This document shows positions 49,458 to 57,050 of a stretch of 64,000 nucleotides of DNA, piece by piece (positions within the stretch are counted from its first letter, which is position 1; each line of letters starts with the position of its first letter). The DNA lies in the IMG/VR virus record IMGVR_UViG_3300027901_000001; one strand, written 5' to 3'. Position numbers and translations under genes: made by a program. Under the pieces are notes generated by a model. The model had not been told where the DNA came from, did no database searches, and saw only the letters and a program-made list of their open reading frames with translations. Source of the DNA: a virus.

Positions 49458-49491
49458 CCAGCTATCTTATACGATAGCCAGCGTTGGTCAA
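49458..49491 (-). promoter_or_regulatory. Sigma70-like promoter P8 (leaderless candidate)
   Basis: TTGACC-16-TAAGAT-6 nt-ATG; GCTATC/GATAGC inverted repeat; -35 overlaps the upstream TGA. Confidence 0.6.
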
Positions 49492-50138
49492 GAGGTGGCC
49501 GCGTCCACCAATTTCCAGACCACCCCGATCATCTGGAGCAACGGCATCGCCATCAGCTTCTTCTGGTTCTCGGGCTTCAGCGCATCGTACACCTGAACCA
49601 CGTGGCTCGCAGTCCACAGGTCCACCATCTTGCCCTGAATCTTGCGCGCCGTCTTTTCCTTCACGATCTGGCGCATCTGGTCAATGACAGGCTTTTTCGC
49701 CCTACCCTCGTCCAGCTCTTCGGCCGCCCCGGTGAACAGCACGTCCAAGTCGACATTATCAGATTCTTGAGTGCCTCCTCCGGCCATAACGGAATACCGA
49801 TTACCCCGTCGGGAAATATACACCCCGATTCCTTTTCCAACGCCTCGGGAAACATCTCGCCTGTCTTGCAAATCCGATGGCCAAGCAACAGCAGGAGCCA
49901 AACCGTTTGCCTTCAGCACTCGATTTACCACCTGTACCACCTTCTTAAAGCTATCAAATTCGCGCATTTCATACTTACCAACTGTACGCCCCAAAAATGT
50001 CTGTTTCGGCTCACCGCCCCCAAAACCTGCCTTGCCGAAAGCCTTGTTCAATTTGGCTGTTTCAGCGGACTCTCCTTTCTCCTCCAACCCTCTGGCCTCG
50101 GAGCCCACCGCTTCCTGTAATGCGTTTGCAAATCCCAT
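49488..50138 (-). CDS. Leader-bearing two-domain putative head-internal protein
   Basis: MGFANALQEAVGSEARGLEE; linker DLDVLFTGAAEELDEG; VDLWTA..VYDAL..ENQ module. Confidence 0.72.
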   Translation of the reverse strand: MGFANALQEAVGSEARGLEEKGESAETAKLNKAFGKAGFGGGEPKQTFLGRTVGKYEMREFDSFKKVVQVVNRVLKANGLAPAVAWPSDLQDRRDVSRGVGKGIGVYISRRGNRYSVMAGGGTQESDNVDLDVLFTGAAEELDEGRAKKPVIDQMRQIVKEKTARKIQGKMVDLWTASHVVQVYDALKPENQKKLMAMPLLQMIGVVWKLVDAATS

Positions 50139-50153
50139 CCGTCGCTCCTTATC

Positions 50154-50792
50154 TCAAGGCACTTCCGATGCCGCCTCGCTGAACAGAGCGTTCAAATCGA
50201 CATCCGACGAATCGCTCTCATGTCGCCGGGAACCCGCGAAAAATCTGGTAACGCTTCCCTCCAAGGCAGCCTTCAATTGGGTCGCCTGAGAACGATTGAG
50301 AACACCGAGTGTAACCAGCTTCTTCACGTCCCACTTCTTCCACGCATTTTCGATATCGCTGGCCTTGTCCAGCATATCGTGGGCCTGATCCCGCAAATTG
50401 CGGACAGCAGAATCAATCAGAGAGGCAAAATATGCCGTTGATCCTTTGCCCCGTCCTGCCTCCTCCAAGCTACGGTTTCCCTCCCGTTCCCCGTCAGAGT
50501 CTTCACGTTTTCCGCGAGCCTTTCCGCTAAATGGCGGAGCATCGATCGGCATAACAATCGAACCCGGATTTTCGCGGGCTAACTGCGCGGCAGCGCTGGA
50601 GGTTTTTGCATAAAGGTAGTCGATTCGGTCACGAAGTTTGACCTCGACTTTGAAACGATACCCCTTCTCCTTCATCTTTTCGGCCTCGCGCTTGAACTCG
50701 GCCGCTGTCGAAGGAGTCTTCCCTTTCCCGGCTTCCTCCAGTCCCCCGGCCTCGAAGCCCACCGCTTCTGCCAGTGCGTTTGCCAGTCCCAT
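50154..50792 (-). CDS. Leader-bearing two-domain putative head-internal protein
   Basis: MGLANALAEAVGFEAGGLEEA; linker SLEEA; DVDLNALFSEA. Confidence 0.72.
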   Translation of the reverse strand: MGLANALAEAVGFEAGGLEEAGKGKTPSTAAEFKREAEKMKEKGYRFKVEVKLRDRIDYLYAKTSSAAAQLARENPGSIVMPIDAPPFSGKARGKREDSDGEREGNRSLEEAGRGKGSTAYFASLIDSAVRNLRDQAHDMLDKASDIENAWKKWDVKKLVTLGVLNRSQATQLKAALEGSVTRFFAGSRRHESDSSDVDLNALFSEAASEVP

Positions 50793-50795
50793 CGG

Positions 50796-51914
50796 TTACT
50801 CCTTTGCGCCAACCCTCCGCGCCTTGGACATCACGCTATAAATCACCTGGAGCACCTCGTAGATGCCCATTCCCTCCATGCGCTCCTGGTTGTCATCGTT
50901 CAGGCCGTCGTACATCTCGACCGCCACGTTCGCCGAAAACGGGTCTACCAACACGCCGTTGATCAGCTTCGGCTCACTGCTATCCGCCACGGCCCGCAGT
51001 TTCTCAATGGTATCGTCGCCTTCGGCCTCATCGGTCATCAGCTTCAGGCGATCGGCCGTGATACTCTCGCCAGCGATGTTGGGCAGCGCTGGATCGTGGC
51101 CAACAATCTGGATGGACGTAGCCATCTCGTAGTCGCCCGGCATCTTGCCGGTAACGAATGAAAACTGGCCGCTATGCGGGCTGTACTTGAGCACCGAGGT
51201 CCCGACCAGCGAGGTATGGCCCGTAGGGTTGCTGAGATTGCTCCGTGGAGCCACGTCGTGAGTATCTTGGGGAGTGGTCGCCCCGGACGGCACGGGGCTC
51301 TGTGGTGTCGGATAGCCCCCCGCAGGTCCGAAATCTCCGTACACCTGCTGACGAATGGCCTCGGGCTGAACCACGGCAGAATCGCCGGATTTGCCGATAA
51401 CACGGAACACGGTACCTCCCAGGTCGACGGCCATCCCCGGTTCGATCTTGCCCATCGCCGGAACGAAATCGCCGTAGCTCTGGAGGTCGGTAGAGCCCCC
51501 GAACGGGTCGGCCTGCTCACCCAGACTCTCGGTTGTGGTCCATTTCCCGCCGTAACTCGGCATTTCGCTCCGGTACCGGCCGCGACGACACACGTTCTCA
51601 ACGTGCTGGATCGATCGGTCGATAACTTCCCGCAGCTCCCGCAAGGCTGACAGCGGCGCGCCCTCGAATACCTCGAACACCTGTTTGCGGTCCTCACCGG
51701 TCTTCTTGCCCGCCCTGGTTGCATCCTGGTTGGCAATTCCGAATGCCGTCGACAGCGCATCCAGCTTCTTCTGAAGCAAGGTGGTGAGGTTGGTATGGGT
51801 CTTGAGCAGCTCCAGCGCCTCATCGACGGGCTCCTGGAGCTGCTCCGTCATCTGCTGGCCCGAAGGTTTCTTGCCCTCGTCCAGGATCGAACGGATTTCA
51901 TCTGAAAAAGCCAT
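50796..51914 (-). CDS. Leader-bearing multidomain protein (start MAFSDE)
   Basis: GGAGGAG RBS; MAFSDEIRSILDEG; C-terminal VDPFSA..MYDGL..DNQ module. Confidence 0.72.
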   Translation of the reverse strand: MAFSDEIRSILDEGKKPSGQQMTEQLQEPVDEALELLKTHTNLTTLLQKKLDALSTAFGIANQDATRAGKKTGEDRKQVFEVFEGAPLSALRELREVIDRSIQHVENVCRRGRYRSEMPSYGGKWTTTESLGEQADPFGGSTDLQSYGDFVPAMGKIEPGMAVDLGGTVFRVIGKSGDSAVVQPEAIRQQVYGDFGPAGGYPTPQSPVPSGATTPQDTHDVAPRSNLSNPTGHTSLVGTSVLKYSPHSGQFSFVTGKMPGDYEMATSIQIVGHDPALPNIAGESITADRLKLMTDEAEGDDTIEKLRAVADSSEPKLINGVLVDPFSANVAVEMYDGLNDDNQERMEGMGIYEVLQVIYSVMSKARRVGAKE

Positions 51915-51931
51915 GACTCCTCCGTATGCTG

Positions 51932-54900
51932 TTAGGCGACCGCCTCCAGCCAGCCTTTGCCCTGAGAATACACCCCGTCGCCGATGATGGCGATATCTTC
52001 GTCCTCCCACATCTGCTCGAAATCGGGGTCCGAAGCCCACGGCAGCACGACGATATGCAAGCCATGTTCAACGCCCTCCTGCATCTTCATCAGCCGCCGG
52101 GTCACCTCATTCATGCGCCGCGTTACGCTGGCGATCATCTTGAAAAGCCCAACTGAAACCTGGTCCCGGAAGTCCAAATAGACCTGCACATAAGCCGACA
52201 ACCGATCCGTGAGCTTGTCGCCCGTGATGACCGACTTCTGGTTCAGCAGCTTCTCACCCTCCCGGATAGCGACCGACCCCAGCTCCGCGCTCTCCCGGAT
52301 CACGGAATTCATCCTGGCTGTAACCTGGAGCACCTCGCGCACCAGATTCGTAGCGGTGATCTCCCTGGTAGGCACAGACGGCCCCTTACGCTTCCCGGCG
52401 CGCCGGGTTGAGATTCTGGCCATCTTGGCCAGCCGCGTCATGGCGTTGCGGCCCTCTGCGAACGGCCCGTACAGCTTCTTGGTCTCCGCCTCGAAAGACC
52501 GAGCAGCGTTGCCCAGGGGCGACCGCTGCATGGCGCGCTCGACCCCCGCCGTCCGCCGGATCCGCTCGGTCTCCTGGGCCGCGTGCGCCAGCTCTTCGGC
52601 CACCTCCTCCAGGTGGTAGACGGACCGGACGAACTTCCTGGTCTGGTCCACCGATCGCTCCAGCTCGCGCCGCAACTCCTGGTTGTCACTCCGCAGCTCA
52701 CCCACGGCCGCAGTGGCCGGAGCACGCTCGGACAGCTCTCCCTCGGTGACGCCGTACCTCTTCAGCAGGTCGCCGATCTTCTTCCCGGTGGACTTCCTCT
52801 GGGACAGATCCAGAACCGTGCGCGCCCGGCCCTGGTAGTTGCTGATATCGACATCCCTGGCCAGGGCTGCCTCGCCCAGTCCCAGCAGCAGCGCCGCGAC
52901 CACGGCCGCCTTCCCGGCCTTACTGAGCACGCCCTCGTCCAGCCCCTCCAGCTCCTCCAGCACGGCCTCCAGATCGGCATCGGTGCAGGACAGCACCGAC
53001 AAGTCGAACCAGTCCTCCTCGATCGGCCCTTCCATCAAAGCCAGGTGCAGATCGTTGGCCATCGACGCCGCGAGCTTCATCCCCTTGCTGTCGTGCTGTT
53101 TCAGGAACTTGACGATGTGCTTGCCCACCGCGTCGACGGACCCCTTCATGGGCTTGAAGCCGATGTCCTTCTGGTTGCTGTAGTGGACGGTGACCTTCAC
53201 GTCGCCATCGGCGTCGCCGTCCTTCTTGAAGGGCGCGACCTTGAACTTCACCTGCTTCGGACAGTTGACGATCTCGCCGGTCTTGGAACCCTTCGGCACG
53301 TCCGAGTACTCGATGATGACCTGCGGCGTGATGTACTGCGGCCCGAACCGGCAGAAAAAGTGCTTTTTCTTGAGCTGGGGCAGCCCCTTGGTCACCGTCT
53401 GGCACAGCTCCAGGGCGTCGCTCCAGCGGGCCTCGATCAGCTCGATGCCCTCCGTCTTCTTGGGAGGCTCTAGTTTACCGGTATAGAAGTCGGCGTCCCA
53501 TCCATCGGTGTAGAGTTTCTTCAGCTTCTCGGCCTTCGTTTTACTCATAATGTAACCGCGTTCGCGGTTCGTCCACTTACCCTTGAGAGCATCCGCGAGT
53601 CGAGCTGCCCGCGTCTTGTAACCGGTAGCAGAAGGGGCTCTCACGAGCATCTTATTCTTGGCATACCTAGCGGGAGAAATCTGGGGAGGTGCCTCTTCAG
53701 CTCTCTCCCAGAACAACTCGGCCAACTCAATACCTTCGGCCAGCTTGTAGGACGCCGTGCGGCTCACCCGCTTGCGGCCGGGCGCGGCCTGCACCAGCTC
53801 CAGCGTGCCCTTCTTGACGAGCTTCTTGAAGAAGCCGGTCACTACCTGGGGGCTGAGCCCGAACGCATACCCCAGGTCCAGCACGGATATCGTGCGGCCC
53901 GGCTTCTCCTTCATAAACGCTACCAGCTCGGCCTCGGTCGGCAGCTTTCCCTTCTCCGCCTCGTCCAGCTCGGCCGCTTCTACGGCCAACACGAAGTCCC
54001 CATATCCGTGCTTGACTACCTTGCCGGACCTGTCGGCGTAACCGATATGCGTGAGCTTCCCATCCCGTCGCAGCTTGTGAATGAATTGCTGGGCCACGTG
54101 CCTGAAATGGTCCTCATCGGCCCCTCTTCCGAACGTAGGCTTGAACTTCTTGTAGTACTGATCCCTGACCACCATATAGATGGCGTGCTTGAGATCCCCT
54201 TCCGTCCACTGCTTCTTCTTTTTGACCACCCTCGTAATAGGAGCAATGGAGAAGTCCTTGATGGTCGGCTCGACAGGAGCATCATCTCCCGTCTGACGCC
54301 CTTCTTCTAGCTCGACCTCCTCACGCACCAGCTCGGACCGGCCCTTCTTCTCCATGTTCTTAATCAGCTCCTTGACGAGCTTGCCTTCCTTGTTGTCGTA
54401 CACCTGGTGCGACCGACCGCTCTGGCCCTTGAACTTCTTGCCGCGCATCCGATCAAACTCGATGCTCTTGCCGTTGCCTTCCAGAGAAAACTCGCCGAAG
54501 CCCATGTGCTTGAGCTTCATGCCCGGCATGGCATCGCCGATCGAATTCAGGAAGGCGGTGTCGGCGTGGTAACTCTTGCCGTCGTAGTAGTGCTTGCCCT
54601 TCTCGGTGAGCAGCTCCTCCTCGATGGCCTCCTCGAACAGATTGTCCAGGCCCATGAGGTCCTCTTCCTTCTTCCGGGGCTTCAGCTTCGCCGCGTACAG
54701 CTTCTCCAGCACGGGCATCACTTTCTCCCGGAAGTACCGACCGGGATTGGCCCGCGCCCGCTTCATCTCGTCACGCGGAATCCCGGCCCCGCGAAAGGCC
54801 ACCTTCGCCACCTTCAGAACCTTCTTGGCCCAGGTCCGGGTCATCTGGAATCGGCGCATCAGATCGGACTCGCTGACGTTGCCTTCCTTGCTGGACACGA

Positions 54901-55474
54901 AATCGGAGATGGCGATGATGTCGGCCGGGAGCGAGATGGACTCTTCCAGCTCAGCCTCAAACAGATCGTTGAGGTCCTCCGACTCGAAATAGACGGGCTT
55001 GTGCTGCAACCCCTTCCTCTTGAACCGAGGATCGTGCTCGATGTTGAGCGGCGCAACGGCATGGGGCTCGTCCCTGTCGCTCCACAAAACCTTCGGCCAC
55101 ATCTTGCCGCCCCCCATCTTCACGAAGCCTACTACCTTCCCGTTGATCGGACCTCCGGCCTGCATCCCGATGTTCCGCAGAAACTTCCCGGTGTACCGAA
55201 CAATATCCCCTTTCTTGAACTCCTTACCGGACCGGCTGCCTTCCTCCAGCGCCCCCGCGAGCTGCCCGGCCAAGCCTTCCTTCTGGTACTTTTTCTTCAG
55301 CTCGGGCTCCTTGTCGTTCGTGGTGCTACCGGTCGACTTGTAGTGCGGCTTCGCACCCTTTTTATACATGTCCCAGGCCAGAGCAAAAGCCTTCTCGGTT
55401 GGCATGTGCCTCTTCATGGCCTTCACGGTCCCGGACCAGCCGGGCGGCGCTTTTTCGGTCAACGGTATGGTCAT
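51932..55474 (-). CDS. About 1180-aa multidomain (polyvalent-like) protein with repeated acidic L-x-E linkers (start MTIPLTE)
   Basis: ChaB-like N-terminus (KAFALAWDMYKKG), SH3-like, two wHTH-like modules, hydrophobic segment, coiled coil. Confidence 0.8.
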   Translation of the reverse strand: MTIPLTEKAPPGWSGTVKAMKRHMPTEKAFALAWDMYKKGAKPHYKSTGSTTNDKEPELKKKYQKEGLAGQLAGALEEGSRSGKEFKKGDIVRYTGKFLRNIGMQAGGPINGKVVGFVKMGGGKMWPKVLWSDRDEPHAVAPLNIEHDPRFKRKGLQHKPVYFESEDLNDLFEAELEESISLPADIIAISDFVSSKEGNVSESDLMRRFQMTRTWAKKVLKVAKVAFRGAGIPRDEMKRARANPGRYFREKVMPVLEKLYAAKLKPRKKEEDLMGLDNLFEEAIEEELLTEKGKHYYDGKSYHADTAFLNSIGDAMPGMKLKHMGFGEFSLEGNGKSIEFDRMRGKKFKGQSGRSHQVYDNKEGKLVKELIKNMEKKGRSELVREEVELEEGRQTGDDAPVEPTIKDFSIAPITRVVKKKKQWTEGDLKHAIYMVVRDQYYKKFKPTFGRGADEDHFRHVAQQFIHKLRRDGKLTHIGYADRSGKVVKHGYGDFVLAVEAAELDEAEKGKLPTEAELVAFMKEKPGRTISVLDLGYAFGLSPQVVTGFFKKLVKKGTLELVQAAPGRKRVSRTASYKLAEGIELAELFWERAEEAPPQISPARYAKNKMLVRAPSATGYKTRAARLADALKGKWTNRERGYIMSKTKAEKLKKLYTDGWDADFYTGKLEPPKKTEGIELIEARWSDALELCQTVTKGLPQLKKKHFFCRFGPQYITPQVIIEYSDVPKGSKTGEIVNCPKQVKFKVAPFKKDGDADGDVKVTVHYSNQKDIGFKPMKGSVDAVGKHIVKFLKQHDSKGMKLAASMANDLHLALMEGPIEEDWFDLSVLSCTDADLEAVLEELEGLDEGVLSKAGKAAVVAALLLGLGEAALARDVDISNYQGRARTVLDLSQRKSTGKKIGDLLKRYGVTEGELSERAPATAAVGELRSDNQELRRELERSVDQTRKFVRSVYHLEEVAEELAHAAQETERIRRTAGVERAMQRSPLGNAARSFEAETKKLYGPFAEGRNAMTRLAKMARISTRRAGKRKGPSVPTREITATNLVREVLQVTARMNSVIRESAELGSVAIREGEKLLNQKSVITGDKLTDRLSAYVQVYLDFRDQVSVGLFKMIASVTRRMNEVTRRLMKMQEGVEHGLHIVVLPWASDPDFEQMWEDEDIAIIGDGVYSQGKGWLEAVA

Positions 55475-55980
55475 TGTTTCACCTGTTCGACGGCTTCCAC
55501 GATGGCTACCGTGATCACCGCGCCAAAAATCAAACCCGCCCCCAGACCGATCTGGCCAGAGTGCTTCTCCCACCAGGACCGGACGGCTTCCTTCTTCCAG
55601 TGTTTGATCTCCCCGTCCGCCGCCTCCAGATGCCGATCGTAGATTTCGCGCTCACGCCCCCACGTCTTTAGATCGATGACGTAGAGCTGGCGCAGCTCGT
55701 TGTAGGCCACCACGTACTTCCCGGCCAAGACCGCCTTCTCGACCGACATGCAGACGCCGGGATTCTTGACCAGCTCCGGCTCCTCCTCCCCCTCCTTTTC
55801 AAGGAGGTAGCCCGCACACGGAACAGTCCAGTCAGCCGCCGGGGGAATGGGCTCAACGTTCGGTCGCTCCGGCAGATCGGCGGCCACCAACGGCGAGGGA
55901 AGCGTCCGCGTCGGCTGCGCCGCCTTCGTCGAGGCACAACCCTGAAAAACCAACAAAAAAATGACGAGGGCAAACCGCAA
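55471..55980 (-). CDS. Lipoprotein with C-terminal TM helix (u-spanin-like architecture)
   Basis: GGAGG RBS then TTG; MRFALVIFLLVFQG-C; C-terminal IGLGAGLIFGAVITVAIV. Confidence 0.6.
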   Translation of the reverse strand: MRFALVIFLLVFQGCASTKAAQPTRTLPSPLVAADLPERPNVEPIPPAADWTVPCAGYLLEKEGEEEPELVKNPGVCMSVEKAVLAGKYVVAYNELRQLYVIDLKTWGREREIYDRHLEAADGEIKHWKKEAVRSWWEKHSGQIGLGAGLIFGAVITVAIVEAVEQVKQ

Positions 55981-56002
55981 GGCCCACCTCCAGAAAGGCA
56001 GG

Positions 56003-56049
56003 CCCGCCAGGGGCAGAAGAAGAAGGCGTAGAATCAGACCCCTGGCGGG
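56003..56049. other. Intergenic inverted repeat (11-bp stem, 25-nt loop)
   Basis: CCCGCCAGGGG at 56003-56013 and CCCCTGGCGGG at 56039-56049. Confidence 0.75.
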
Positions 56050-56062
56050 TTGAACCTTACGG

Positions 56063-56323
56063 TTACAGCTCGTTGGCCTCGTCAAGGATGTTGGTGTCGT
56101 TCGCGTCGACCGCGATGGACATGGTGATCTTGCCCTCCTGCTCCAACAGGTTCAGGCGCTTGAAGGCCGGATCACCCTTGGGCACATCGCCCTCCATCAG
56201 GTCTGCCATCGATACGCCACCGACAAAGGTGTCGGCCGCACCACCGTTAGGGTCCAGAGTGCGGTTGATCGGGAAACCGATAGGCAGCGGTGTCGCGAGC
56301 TGGTTCTGAACAGTGAGAATCAT
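56063..56323 (-). CDS. Small putative virion protein
   Basis: 86 aa; GGAGG RBS. Confidence 0.65.
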   Translation of the reverse strand: MILTVQNQLATPLPIGFPINRTLDPNGGAADTFVGGVSMADLMEGDVPKGDPAFKRLNLLEQEGKITMSIAVDANDTNILDEANEL

Positions 56324-56412
56324 CGTTTCCTCCGTAGGGAACTATTCCGGGGACGTGCCCCGAGTGCACCCTCTGAAACTATCACAGAGGAGTCAGGGCA
56401 AGAAATTTTCGG

Positions 56413-56781
56413 TCACTTCTCCGCGAGCTTTTTCCCGTAGTTGGCCAGAACGTCCTTCACCGTACCAACCACGGAGGCGTACCCGATCATCGCGCCGATG
56501 CCCGCGCCTACATAGAAAATTACCGACCCCATCATCCCCTCGGTCGTCAGGGCCTCCGTTACCGGCATTCCGGGAATCAGCCCGATGAGCGCGCCCATCA
56601 CCAGCGAGTGGTTCTTGCAGGTAACCCGATATACGCCCTTCCAGCCCTTGAAACCCTCCTTGGGCCATTTGTCTTTCGGTCCCAGGATGAGCTTCTTACC
56701 AGTCTCGTGAACTGAACCAATTACGAGCAAGGCCACCCAAAAAGCCGGGTGAGTAAAATACGCAACTAGACCATCGAGCAT
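56413..56781 (-). CDS. Holin-like multi-TM membrane protein (start MLDGLV)
   Basis: Three hydrophobic segments, basic C-terminus, near the lipoprotein gene. Confidence 0.5.
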   Translation of the reverse strand: MLDGLVAYFTHPAFWVALLVIGSVHETGKKLILGPKDKWPKEGFKGWKGVYRVTCKNHSLVMGALIGLIPGMPVTEALTTEGMMGSVIFYVGAGIGAMIGYASVVGTVKDVLANYGKKLAEK

Positions 56782-56794
56782 GGCTTCACTCCTT

Positions 56795-57046
56795 TCACTT
56801 TTCCGGATCAAACTGCCCCCACTCCTGCGGGGGATAGATGTAAAACCGCTGTCCAAGAATCTCCTTCTTCTTGGCGGCCAGCCTCTTTTTGGCCTCCTCT
56901 TCAGTCGGAAAATTCCCCACCAGATACAGCTCCTCACCCGGATCGTTATGTTCATCGACGCCGACCACGTTGTAGCCCTTGCCCGGCATCGGGGTCAGGC
57001 GCTTCTGAGCCTTGAGTGCCTGGAGCGGATCGGCCATCCCCCACAT
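56795..57046 (-). CDS. Small hypothetical protein
   Basis: YNVVGVDEHNDPGEELYLVGNF. Confidence 0.65.
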   Translation of the reverse strand: MWGMADPLQALKAQKRLTPMPGKGYNVVGVDEHNDPGEELYLVGNFPTEEEAKKRLAAKKKEILGQRFYIYPPQEWGQFDPEK

Positions 57047-57050
57047 CCTA

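Noticed and set aside
55463-55490. TGTTTCACCTG as a third parS
   Set aside because: Half-site only; it is the RBS/start region of the large gene.
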